Shown piece after piece: positions 35,664-44,714 of a DNA stretch of 64,000 nt. How positions within the stretch are numbered: position 1 is the stretch's first letter; every line of letters starts with the position of its first letter. The DNA is from Myxococcota bacterium (GTDB lineage: Bacteria > Myxococcota_A > UBA9160 > UBA4427), in assembly GCA_965250285.1 (NCBI GenBank), contig OZ252299.1, positions 3,808,001 to 3,872,000 of the forward strand. Reading direction: 5' to 3'. The notes under the pieces were generated by a model. It saw only the letters and a list, made by a program, of their open reading frames with translations, ran no database searches and was not told where the DNA came from. The position numbers and the translations under genes are program-made.

Positions 35664-36278
35664 TCAGCGGGCCTGTGCCCGAAGGAGCACCGAGATGGCG
35701 CGGGCCCAGGCGCGGCGCGTTTGCATCGGGCTGCGCTCGTAGGTGAGCCGAAACTGCTCCCACGACTCGACGGAGGTCAGCGTCGCGATCAGCGCCAAGG
35801 CGTCGTCGCGCTGCGCGGCGGTGAGCGCCGCGAGCTCGGGGCCGAAGTGCGCCCGCGCTTCGTCGACGAGCGCGCGGCGGCCCCGGTCGATCATCTGCGC
35901 GGCACCGGGATCTCGAAGCCCAATGCTGCGCTGCAGCCGAGCCAGCAGGTGCACCTGCTCCCACAGATCGACGCGCGCAGCCGCGAAGCGCTCGGCGCGC
36001 TCATCGAGCGGCCCCGCGCCTGGCTCGGCGACGTCCAGCGGCGGGAAACGCTCCATGACGCGCGCCATCGCGTCGCGTCGCATGACGTCGAGGGTCTCGA
36101 AGTAGCGAAAGAACGTCGCCGTCGAGATGCCCGCGCGCTCGGCCACTTGTTCGGTGGTGGGCGGCAGGTTGCCCTCGAGCACCAGGTCGATGAAGGCGTC
36201 GATCACGCGGGCGCGACGTCGGGTCGATGCCGACGTGCGCTCCCCTTTCGGCGAAGCGTCGCTGGGGCTCGCGGACAT
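35664..36278 (-). CDS. TetR-family regulator
   Basis: HTH PTTEQVAERAGISTATFFRYFET; start placed at ATG 36278. Confidence 0.88.
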   Translation of the reverse strand: MSASPSDASPKGERTSASTRRRARVIDAFIDLVLEGNLPPTTEQVAERAGISTATFFRYFETLDVMRRDAMARVMERFPPLDVAEPGAGPLDERAERFAAARVDLWEQVHLLARLQRSIGLRDPGAAQMIDRGRRALVDEARAHFGPELAALTAAQRDDALALIATLTSVESWEQFRLTYERSPMQTRRAWARAISVLLRAQAR

Positions 36279-36295
36279 GCTGCGATTCTCCGACG

Positions 36296-36338
36296 TGAGA
36301 GCGAAGCTCTCAGCATCGAATGAGAGTTCCACTCTCAT
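36296..36338. promoter_or_regulatory. Two tandem TGAGAG-N5-CTCTCA palindromes upstream of the TetR gene
   Basis: TGAGAGCGAAGCTCTCA (36296-36312) and ATGAGAGTTCCACTCTCAT (36320-36338); minus-strand TTGACA at 36351-36346. Confidence 0.8.
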
Positions 36339-36437
36339 CTGGGGTTGTCAAGCTGGCCGTGCGCGACCGAGCGACGACGCGGCGCGATGCCGTTGCGGAG
36401 GGCGACGGGCTCGATGCTCCATCGACGATCGCGACGC

Positions 36438-37238
36438 TCAGTCGTTCGTCGGAGAGGCGACCGAGTCGACCGTCACGACGACGGCGGTCGAGTTGTCCTT
36501 GCCGCCGTTCTGGTTTGCCGCATCGATGAGCCATGCGACCGCCGTGTGCGCGTCGGGCGCGCCGGCGAGCATCGCGCGGATCTCGTCGTCGGGCAGCATC
36601 TCGTACACACCGTCGGAGCAGAGCAAGAAGACGTCGCCCGCTTCGACGACGAACGAGTCGACGTCGGCTTCGATCCGCCCCTTCGCGCCGAGGGCGCGCG
36701 TGAGCACGCTGCGCCGCGGATGCTTGCGCGCCTCCTCGGGTGTGATTTCGCCATTGGCCAGCAGCTGCCCGGCGAGCGAATGGTCGGCGGTCATCGACTC
36801 GAGCGCGTCGTTGCGCAGCCGGTAGAGCCGACTGTCGCCGACGTGCGCAACGCACGCCGTGCCGACACCCGTGAGCAGCAGCGCGACCACCGTCGTCCCC
36901 ATGCCGTCGAGGCGGCGCGACGTCGCCGCCTTCTCGTGGATCTCGGCATTCGCGCGATCGACGGCGGCGCGCAGGCGCGAGGGCCCGTCGCCGTCACCCG
37001 CCCAGCCGAGGCTCCCCAACGTACCGACCGCCATCGCGCTCGCGACCTCGCCGCCGCGATGCCCGCCCATCCCGTCGGCGACGACGACCAGCAGCTCGTC
37101 GCCCGCCGGTGCATCGAAACGATCCCAGCTGTCCTGATTGTCCGAGCGGACGCGCCCGACGTGCGTCATCCCCGCGATGCTCAGCGCCCACCTTCCCCAG
37201 AGCTCGCGGCCTTCGTCGTCTGTCTGTCGAGTGGACAC
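36438..37238 (-). CDS. PP2C/PPM-family Ser/Thr protein phosphatase (Stp1/PrpC-like)
   Basis: THVGRVRSDNQD, VADGMGGH, MGTT, HVGDSRLY, LCSDG, GGKDNST. Confidence 0.93.
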   Translation of the reverse strand: MSTRQTDDEGRELWGRWALSIAGMTHVGRVRSDNQDSWDRFDAPAGDELLVVVADGMGGHRGGEVASAMAVGTLGSLGWAGDGDGPSRLRAAVDRANAEIHEKAATSRRLDGMGTTVVALLLTGVGTACVAHVGDSRLYRLRNDALESMTADHSLAGQLLANGEITPEEARKHPRRSVLTRALGAKGRIEADVDSFVVEAGDVFLLCSDGVYEMLPDDEIRAMLAGAPDAHTAVAWLIDAANQNGGKDNSTAVVVTVDSVASPTND

Positions 37239-37426
37239 GCCGTGTTCGTCTTCTCGGGCTCTCGTGAATGCACACTGATCGTGCCAGGCACGACACGCGC
37301 GCGGCGGCCGACGAACGCCGGCATCGCCGCTCGGCCAACCCCGGCGCCTCGGCGCCTCGGCGCCCGCATCAGTGACTCGCCTCTATCGTACCGCCCGCGG
37401 AGCAGCTGGCCGCTCGGCCATTTTAT

Positions 37427-37455
37427 TTGACACTTGCAAGTAATCTGCATAGGCT
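37427..37455 (+). promoter_or_regulatory. Sigma70-type promoter of the MarR operon with overlapping palindrome, predicted leaderless
   Basis: TTGACA (37427-37432), 17 bp, TAGGCT (37450-37455); perfect palindrome ACTTGCAAGT (37432-37441); ATG at 37462. Confidence 0.75.
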
Positions 37456-37461
37456 CGCCGG

Positions 37462-37923
37462 ATGGCGATGACGAAGAGCCTGCAGCGGATCGAAGCCGCG
37501 ATGGAGCGCCTCGCGCACATCGGTCAGAGCCGGCGTTCGAGCGCGCGCCGTGCCGCCGACGCCGGCGTCGAACTCTCGGGCGCCGCCCAGCGGGTGCTGC
37601 GTTCGGTGCTCGAGCTCGCACCCGTGCGCATCTCCGACCTGGCGCGGGCGACGCACATGAGCGACGCCGCGGTCAGCCGTCAGGTGACCCAGCTCGAGAC
37701 CGACGGTCTCGTGATGCGCGAGCCCTGCCCCGACGACGGTCGGGTCGCCCGCGTGCGCGCCACCGCGAGCGGACGACGCAGTGGCCAGCGGCTGCGAGAA
37801 GCCGCCGACGAGATCTTCCAGTCGCATCTGTCGGGCTGGCGCGCCCGCGACCTCGAGCAGCTCGCCGAGCTGATGGAGCGCCTCGGCGATGATCTGATCG
37901 GGAACGAGAAGCGGCGCGGCTGA
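37462..37923 (+). CDS. MarR-family regulator
   Basis: RISDLARATHMSDAAVSRQVTQLETDGLV...DDGR...TASG. Confidence 0.92.
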   Translation: MAMTKSLQRIEAAMERLAHIGQSRRSSARRAADAGVELSGAAQRVLRSVLELAPVRISDLARATHMSDAAVSRQVTQLETDGLVMREPCPDDGRVARVRATASGRRSGQRLREAADEIFQSHLSGWRARDLEQLAELMERLGDDLIGNEKRRG

Positions 37924-37961
37924 GGCTGGGCCGCAGCGCAGCCGGGGCTACAGGAGAGCGG

Positions 37962-39134
37962 ATGTACTTCGACACGGAGATCTATCGCAAGGTGCTGACG
38001 GCGACGTGGGCCCGCAAGGATTGGCCGGGCCGAAACCGCATGCTCGTCCGGCTCCTGCTCATCGAGCCGGTGGTCGCGCTGTTGCAGAACCTGTTCATGG
38101 CGCTCGACTACGTCTTCTTTCCTTCGCTCTGGCGACAAGAAGTCACTCGACCCGTCTTCATCGTCGGGCATGCACGCAGCGGCACGACTTTGATGCATCG
38201 TCTGATGGCCGCCGACGGAGATCGCTTCAGCTACTTCCTCTACTGGGAGATGTTCTTCCCTTCGCTCACGCTCAAGAAGAGCGTTCGTCTGCTCGGCCTG
38301 CTCGACGAGAAACTGCTCGGCTCGGCCCTCGTAAGGCGCATCCAGGCGTGGGACGACCGCACCTTCGGCCCCTATCGCCACATGCACGACATGAGCCTGT
38401 GGAACCCCGAAGAAGACCAGTTCGTCATGAACGCGGCGTTCGTCACTCAGCAGTGGGCGCTCGAGATACCGCTCATGCACGAGATCGACATCTTTCACGT
38501 CGATCGCCTCGACCCGCGTCGTCGGCGTCGCTGGATGCGCTTCTACAAGGCGTGTGTCAAGCGGCAGCTCGTCCTCCACGGCGCCCACAAGACGCACCTG
38601 AGCAAGAACCCGATCATGAGCGGATGGGTCGCCGGCCTGCTCGAGGCGTTCCCCGATGCGCGCTTCGTGGTGATGATGCGCGACCCCGCGCGCTGCATCC
38701 CGAGCACCCTCAAGCTGGTCGAGGTCAGCTGGAAGGGCAAGCGTTGGCAGCGCGAAGACTACGAGCCCGCGCTCCGCGCGCTCACCGAGCTGTCGTTCGA
38801 CTCGTTCGACCTGCCCCGGGCGACCCTCGACGCCCGGCCCGACGTCCCCCACGTGTTCGTCGACTATCGGCAGCTCACGGCCTCGCCCCGCGAGACGGTC
38901 GAACAGGTCTACGCTGCGCTCGACATCGACCTGTCGCCGGCCTACTCGGCGTATCTGAAGGGGCAGGAAGAGAAAGAGAAGCAGCACGCCAGCCACTTCG
39001 AGTACAGCATCGACGACTACGAGATCAGCGCCGGCGAGATCGAGGCACGACTCGCAGCGCACTACGCACGCTACGACTGGCCCCGCTCGAGCGAGCGCGT
39101 GGCCAGCGCCGATACGACGGAGCCCCGAGTATGA
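37962..39134 (+). CDS. PAPS-dependent sulfotransferase family protein
   Basis: 5'-PSB loop VFIVGHARSGTT; PEEDQF; SKNP; FPDARFVVMMRDP...S (3'-PB). Confidence 0.88.
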   Translation: MYFDTEIYRKVLTATWARKDWPGRNRMLVRLLLIEPVVALLQNLFMALDYVFFPSLWRQEVTRPVFIVGHARSGTTLMHRLMAADGDRFSYFLYWEMFFPSLTLKKSVRLLGLLDEKLLGSALVRRIQAWDDRTFGPYRHMHDMSLWNPEEDQFVMNAAFVTQQWALEIPLMHEIDIFHVDRLDPRRRRRWMRFYKACVKRQLVLHGAHKTHLSKNPIMSGWVAGLLEAFPDARFVVMMRDPARCIPSTLKLVEVSWKGKRWQREDYEPALRALTELSFDSFDLPRATLDARPDVPHVFVDYRQLTASPRETVEQVYAALDIDLSPAYSAYLKGQEEKEKQHASHFEYSIDDYEISAGEIEARLAAHYARYDWPRSSERVASADTTEPRV

Positions 39135-40501
39135 AAGACACGATCGAAGTCACGAAGAACCTCCGCGCCGCGTTCGATCGCATGATCGAGCAGCTGCAGG
39201 CCGCCCGCGACGCCATCGACACCCCCGAGCTCGACCCGGTGCCGGCCGACGAGCGCAACCTGGCAGAGGGCTATCGCTATCTGATGGGCTACGTGCTCGG
39301 CGGCATCGAGCGCGCGCTCAATGACCCGCTTCACCCGAGCTTCATGCGCGCGATCCAGCCGATGAACCGGGCGACGATCGACAACTCGGACGCGGTCTAC
39401 CTGTATACCGAGATCGATGGCAATCATGCCTACCGCATCCGTGGCAAGGCCCTCGACAGTCGACACTGGCGTGGTGAAGAGCCGGCCACCGGTCGGAGGG
39501 CCCCGCAGTACGTGATCTTCGAGCTCGCGAGCGGTTACGCGGGCGATTCGGGATCGCTGGCCGAGTTGATCCCGGGCACCCGCATCAACACCGGGACGCT
39601 CGACTGCCACGCGCTGCAGGTCGAACCCGACGGCACGTTCGAGATTCTCGTCGCGCCCGAGAAGCCCGAGGGCTACACGGGCAACTTCCTGCTCAGTCGC
39701 CGCGAGAGCCAGGGCAAGGAGTACGTCGGGCGCTTCCTCACTTGCCGCGAGCTCTTCCACGACTGGGCGAACGAAGACGTGCTCGATCTCGAGATTCTGC
39801 GCGTCGACTGCGAGAAGACCCCTCGGCCACCGATCGACGAAGCCGGCGCGATCGAGATGATGCAGACGATCGGCGACTTCACGAACAACCAGATGCGCTT
39901 CTGGAACGTCTTCTATACCCAACTGCTCGAGACCTACGGCAAGACGCCGATGGGGCTCTCGGAAGAAGGCGCCCCCCAGTTCATGCCCGTGAACGACATG
40001 AACCCGCCGAACGCGCTGGGCATCGCGACCGGCGGCGGCCAGAGCACGAACATCTACTCGGGCGGCGTCTACCAGCTCGCGGAAGCCGAAGCGCTGATCA
40101 TCGAGTCGACGGTGCCGGTCGAGCCGAGCTTTCTCGGCTTTCACCTGTCGAATCTCTGGGGTGAGTCGCTCGACTTCGAGAGCTACCAATCGAATCTGAA
40201 CCCCGCCCTGATGGACTTCAGCGAAGACGGCGTCTACCGCTGGGTCGTCGCCCACGCAGATCCGGGCGTGCGCAACTGGGTCGACACGACCGGGCTCGGC
40301 CACGGCTTCCTCACGGTTCGGTACAGCTACGAGCGCCAGCCTCCCAGGGAGGACTGGCCGACGCTGCATGTCGAGAAGGTCGCGCTCGCCGACGTCCGCA
40401 ATCGCATGCCGGCCGATACGCGCGGCGTCACCCAGGCCGATCGCGAGGCCGCGATCCTCATGCGCCACCGACACGTGCAGCGGCGCTACCGTCAGTACTG
40501 A
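39131..40501 (+). CDS. DUF1214-like protein
   Basis: AEGYRYL, DNSDAVY, DGTFEILV, NLWGESLD, VVAHADPGVRNWVDTTG; ATGA overlap with the sulfotransferase. Confidence 0.75.
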   Translation: MKDTIEVTKNLRAAFDRMIEQLQAARDAIDTPELDPVPADERNLAEGYRYLMGYVLGGIERALNDPLHPSFMRAIQPMNRATIDNSDAVYLYTEIDGNHAYRIRGKALDSRHWRGEEPATGRRAPQYVIFELASGYAGDSGSLAELIPGTRINTGTLDCHALQVEPDGTFEILVAPEKPEGYTGNFLLSRRESQGKEYVGRFLTCRELFHDWANEDVLDLEILRVDCEKTPRPPIDEAGAIEMMQTIGDFTNNQMRFWNVFYTQLLETYGKTPMGLSEEGAPQFMPVNDMNPPNALGIATGGGQSTNIYSGGVYQLAEAEALIIESTVPVEPSFLGFHLSNLWGESLDFESYQSNLNPALMDFSEDGVYRWVVAHADPGVRNWVDTTGLGHGFLTVRYSYERQPPREDWPTLHVEKVALADVRNRMPADTRGVTQADREAAILMRHRHVQRRYRQY

Positions 40502-40588
40502 ACGCGCCACCGACATGTCCGGCGGTACCAGGGCCAGTATTGAACGTCCCACCGACATGTCCTGCGGCGCTCGCGGCCGTACCGAACG
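40493..40588 (+). repeat. Short tandem repeat, 42-bp period, about 2.3 copies
   Basis: Copies start at 40493, 40535 and 40577; first 33 nt of copies 1 and 2 match at 29 positions. Confidence 0.75.
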
Positions 40589-40614
40589 AGTCGCTGCCCA
40601 GAAGGAGACGCCGC

Positions 40615-41220
40615 GTGCCGGATGAACCGAGGCCTCGAGTGTGGCCCAAGCGCATCGCGATCCTCGTCGGGGTGCTCGCGATCTCGTACCTCGTCGTCAG
40701 CCAACTGCTGGCGCGCGCCGACGGACCGGTCTTCGTCTTCGCAGGGGGCCCATTCCAGACCGGTGAGATCATCGAGTTCGACGACTTCGACTGGACCGCA
40801 GCCGACGAGCTGCACGAGCTCGAGCTCGAGATCGTCGGAGCCGAGCGCTCGCGCATTCTCTGGTTCAGCGTCGACCGCGGCGTCCCCTATGTGGCGTGCG
40901 ATCTCGACTGCGTCGATGGTGTGCTGAAGCGCTGGCCCCAGGAGATCGCCGACGACGACCGGGTCGTCGTGCGCATCGAGGGACAGCGCATCGAGGGTCG
41001 GCTCATCCACGTGCCCCATGGCTCGACCGAGTACACCGAGGCGAAGGTGCGACGCAGCGAGAAGTACTCGGGCAACGACGGGGGACGCGCGGCCGCCGAG
41101 ACGGCCGCGCACAACACGGTGGTCGACGTCGGCGAATCGTTGACGGGCCGCGATCAGCGCGCCGAGCCCGGCGACCGACTGTTTCGCATTGCGCCGCGCC
41201 AAGCGGGCGAAGCGGGATGA
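40615..41220 (+). CDS. Hypothetical protein with N-terminal TM anchor (possibly split-barrel fold)
   Basis: SD AGGAG before GTG 40615; TM IAILVGVLAISYLVV; ILWF...KRWP...RVVVRIEG. Confidence 0.55.
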   Translation: MPDEPRPRVWPKRIAILVGVLAISYLVVSQLLARADGPVFVFAGGPFQTGEIIEFDDFDWTAADELHELELEIVGAERSRILWFSVDRGVPYVACDLDCVDGVLKRWPQEIADDDRVVVRIEGQRIEGRLIHVPHGSTEYTEAKVRRSEKYSGNDGGRAAAETAAHNTVVDVGESLTGRDQRAEPGDRLFRIAPRQAGEAG

Positions 41221-41248
41221 GGCCTTCGCGCCGACCGAGCCGGCGGCG

Positions 41249-42265
41249 TCAGGCCGTGCCGCGCAGCTTGGCCGCGACCTGCGCGAGCGACTGAATCGAG
41301 ATCGCGCCGACGTCTCGCGGCATGTCGCGTGAGCCCGGGACGATTCGCACGAATTCGACCCCAGCCGACCGGATCGCGTCGAAGCGCGCAACGGCCTCGT
41401 CGATCGGGCCGGCGATGCCGAAGCGGTGGATGAAGTCGGCATCGAGGGCCTGGGCATGCGCGCCCGCCGCGACGGCGTGGTTCGCCATGTCGTAGCCGGT
41501 GCGCAGGTGCGCCGCCGCCGGGCGCACGTGCTCGGGCAGCGAGTCGATGTCCATGCCAGAGAAGCCCGAGAAGTGCGCGAACACCGAGAGTCCGCCCCGG
41601 ATCGCTTCGCGGGCCACTTCGCGATCTTCGTTGACCACGCAGTTCACGTACGCGCCGAAGCGCAGCGCACCGGGATCGCGGCCCGCGGCTTCAGCGGTCT
41701 TGCGTGCACGGGCGATGCAATCGGCGAGGCGCTCGGTGTCGGCCCCGACTGCGAAGCAGATGCGATCGGCCCGGCGTGCGGCGATGTCGATGACCTTCGG
41801 CCCCGTCGCGGCGACTTCGATCGGCACGTGCGGCACGTCGCAGTCGTCGAGCCACTCGATGCGGCTCGAGCTGCCTGCGCGGTCGACGGCTTCGCCGTCC
41901 ATGTAAGCGCGTAGACGCTCGAGGTAGAGCTCGAACTCGGCCGGCGGTGCCGGTCGGCGGCCGATCTTCGCCATCGACGAGTCGCCGCGCCCGATCCCCA
42001 GGACGGCGCGCCCTGCGCTCGCCACCTGCAGCCCCAGGGCGGCCGATGCGGTGACGGCCGGGTCGCGACTCACGGGGTTCGTGACGCCGGTGCCGATCTG
42101 GATGCGTTCGGTCACGCCCGCCACGAGCATCAGCTGGCTCCAGACCTCGGGCGTGAGACACTGCGTGTCGGCGAACACGAAGCTGTCGAAGCCGAGCTGC
42201 TCGACCATGCGGCCCATGTCGGCGGATCCGCCCGGGCTCGGAAACATCAGCAGGCCCATCTCCAT
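41249..42265 (-). CDS. LLM-class flavin/F420-dependent oxidoreductase
   Basis: GFDSFVFADTQ, IGTGVTNPVSRDP, LGIGRGDS, VAATGPK. Confidence 0.88.
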   Translation of the reverse strand: MEMGLLMFPSPGGSADMGRMVEQLGFDSFVFADTQCLTPEVWSQLMLVAGVTERIQIGTGVTNPVSRDPAVTASAALGLQVASAGRAVLGIGRGDSSMAKIGRRPAPPAEFELYLERLRAYMDGEAVDRAGSSSRIEWLDDCDVPHVPIEVAATGPKVIDIAARRADRICFAVGADTERLADCIARARKTAEAAGRDPGALRFGAYVNCVVNEDREVAREAIRGGLSVFAHFSGFSGMDIDSLPEHVRPAAAHLRTGYDMANHAVAAGAHAQALDADFIHRFGIAGPIDEAVARFDAIRSAGVEFVRIVPGSRDMPRDVGAISIQSLAQVAAKLRGTA

Positions 42266-42544
42266 GCGTTCTTCTCCTCTCGGCTCGATTGGCGGGCCGG
42301 GCTCGTTCGCCCCACGATCGTGTGTCGGCGCCCGACGTGAATCCGCGCGGCGACCAACTTAGCTCGGCGACCTGCGGCGGGATCGGTTCGGGGCATGCCG
42401 CTCGGTCCAAGTGTGCCCAGGAACCCGTGCGGTGTCGTCCCCCCAATCGACCCGCGCGGGTGAGGACGGCTTCAGAACGGCTCGGCGTCTGCCGATTCGT
42501 CTCGCGACGGGCGAATCGTCGTCCGCGTCCAACCGGGATTCGCC

Positions 42545-43342
42545 ATGGAAGCCATCGCCGGCGTCGTGATCCTCGCTCAGTTCGTGCTTGCCGCCGTCGT
42601 TGGCGTTCGGCTCCTGCGTCTGCCGACGACTGAATCGATGGCCCCCGAGCGGTTGCTCGGCCTCTTCTTCGTGGTCGGGCAGTTCGCCGGGGGCGCCCTC
42701 GTCACGGCTGCCTACGCGGGCTGGCAAGCGCACGGGAGCGGTACATCGCCAACGTGGGTCGTGCAGACACACGCGGTGGGTCAGCTGCTGATGGGCGTCG
42801 GCTACAGCTGCCTCATCGCGTTCACCTGGCGCACGTTCTCGCGCGACCAGGCCTGGGCGATGGGGCTCTGCGGGCTCGGCGTGGCGGCGATGTGTGCGAG
42901 CTATGCCGGGCGCGTCACAGTCGAGGGCTTCGCGATCAGCGTCGACCCGGGCTTCCACCACTGGCTCGCGTACGGCGTCCGGATGGCCGCGCTCGTCTGG
43001 ATGGGCACCGCGGCGGTGTTCTACTGGCTGCAGATGCGTCGGCGCATGAAGCTCGGCCTCGCCGATCCGCTGGTGACCAATCGACTCGCGCTCTGGGCGA
43101 TCTTCGCCTTCATGCAGGGAATGACCGCGCTCTCCGAGCCGATGGCCCGTCTCGCCTACGGGCTGATCGCGGGCGACACGGCCGGGTCGGCCGATGGCGT
43201 GCAGAACGTGGCGGGGAGCGTGATCCACCTGGCCCTGCTCTTCTCATCGTTCTGGGGCTCGGGCAGCGTCGCCGTGCTGTTCCTCACGTTCTTTCCGACC
43301 GAGTCCTACGCGCGTTGGGTGCGCCAGAGCGGTTCCGACTGA
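42545..43342 (+). CDS. Uncharacterised ~7-TM membrane protein
   Basis: Seven hydrophobic segments; VGVRLLRL, PERLLG, GLADPLVTNRLALW, FFPTESYARW. Confidence 0.75.
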   Translation: MEAIAGVVILAQFVLAAVVGVRLLRLPTTESMAPERLLGLFFVVGQFAGGALVTAAYAGWQAHGSGTSPTWVVQTHAVGQLLMGVGYSCLIAFTWRTFSRDQAWAMGLCGLGVAAMCASYAGRVTVEGFAISVDPGFHHWLAYGVRMAALVWMGTAAVFYWLQMRRRMKLGLADPLVTNRLALWAIFAFMQGMTALSEPMARLAYGLIAGDTAGSADGVQNVAGSVIHLALLFSSFWGSGSVAVLFLTFFPTESYARWVRQSGSD

Positions 43343-43441
43343 TCCCATCGATTTCGAACCGAAGCGCGCGTCGCTTCGAGTAGCATGACGAGGCAACCGG
43401 GTGCCGGCCTTCTGGGCCGAGCCCGCAGGAGAGACCTCGCC

Positions 43442-44698
43442 ATGTCGATCACGGACGGCTCCGCCCTCGTTCTCTCGCATGCCTACGCCCGTGAGGGTGT
43501 CCCCCATGATCTATGGACGCGGCTGCGCGCCGAGTCGCCCGTGCACCTCTGCACGCCGCCGGGCTTCGAGCCCTTCTGGGCGATCACGAAGCACGCCGAT
43601 ATCTGCGAGATCTCGAAGCAACCCGACATCTTCTCGTCGGCGAGTGGCATTGCGATGATCGCCCAGGATCAAGAAGAGGTCGTGCGGCAGCAGAACCTGG
43701 GCGGATCGATGCGCGTCATCATCGAGATGGACCCGCCCGAGCACCGCGCGTATCGGAGCATCTCGAGCGCCGTGTTCACGCCGCGCGCCGTCAAGGCGCT
43801 CGACGACGCGATCGTCAAGAGCGCGCGCGAAGTCGTCGATCGGCTCGCCGGACCCACCGGCGAAGGGGAATGTGACTTCGCAAACGACGTCGCGGCGGCG
43901 CATCCGCTGCGCATCCTGTCGACGATGCTCGGCGTGCCGCGAGAGAGCGAACCCGACATCCTGCGCCTCACCAACCAGCTCTTCGCGAGCGATGATCCCG
44001 ACCTGCAGCGCGAAGGCGACGATCGACGCCAGGCGCTGATGGATCTCGGTCTCGACCTGTATCGACTCTTCGACGGGATCATCCAGGATCGCCGCGCGCA
44101 TCCGCGCGACGACCTCGCGAGCCTGCTCGCCAACGCGCAGATCGACGGCGCGCCGATGGGGCCAATGGAGACGCTCGGCTACTTCCTGATCACGTTCACC
44201 GCGGGCCACGACACGACGAAGAACGCTCTGGTCGGCGGCATGCGCGCGTTTCTCGAGCACCCCAACCAGCTCGATCGCCTGCGGCAACACCCCGAGCTGC
44301 TCGACACGGCCGTCGAGGAGGTCGTGCGCTGGACGTCGCCGGTCAACCACATGAAGCGCAAGCTGAACCGAGACTACGAGCTGCGGGGCCAGAAGCTGCG
44401 CGAGGGCGACTGGGTCGTGATGTTCTACGCGTCAGCCAACCGCGACGAAGAGGTGTTCGACGGGCCCTTCGAGTTTCGCATCGACCGCAAGCCGAACCCG
44501 CACCTCGCCTTCGGGATCGGCGAGCACTTCTGTCTCGGCGCGAATCTCGCGCGCCGATCCCAGCGCGCGCTCTGGGCCGAGCTCTCTCAGCGTCTCGAGT
44601 GGGCCGAGCTGGCGGGCGAGCCCGAGCAGATCCACTCCGCGTTCGTCGTCGGGTTGAAGAAGCTGCCGATGCGCTACCGCATTCGAGCGGCCGCCTGA
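43442..44698 (+). CDS. Cytochrome P450
   Basis: MDPPEH, AGHDTT, EEVVR, SANRDE, FGIGEHFCLG; SD AGGAG before ATG 43442. Confidence 0.95.
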   Translation: MSITDGSALVLSHAYAREGVPHDLWTRLRAESPVHLCTPPGFEPFWAITKHADICEISKQPDIFSSASGIAMIAQDQEEVVRQQNLGGSMRVIIEMDPPEHRAYRSISSAVFTPRAVKALDDAIVKSAREVVDRLAGPTGEGECDFANDVAAAHPLRILSTMLGVPRESEPDILRLTNQLFASDDPDLQREGDDRRQALMDLGLDLYRLFDGIIQDRRAHPRDDLASLLANAQIDGAPMGPMETLGYFLITFTAGHDTTKNALVGGMRAFLEHPNQLDRLRQHPELLDTAVEEVVRWTSPVNHMKRKLNRDYELRGQKLREGDWVVMFYASANRDEEVFDGPFEFRIDRKPNPHLAFGIGEHFCLGANLARRSQRALWAELSQRLEWAELAGEPEQIHSAFVVGLKKLPMRYRIRAAA

Positions 44699-44714
44699 TC
44701 TGTTCGCCGCGGGC

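Noticed and set aside
40493..40588. Possible mini-CRISPR array
   Set aside because: Only about 2 degenerate copies, about 9 nt between them, and no cas genes or leader
42545..43342. Microbial rhodopsin
   Set aside because: Seven TM helices, but no DxxxK retinal-binding motif in the last helix
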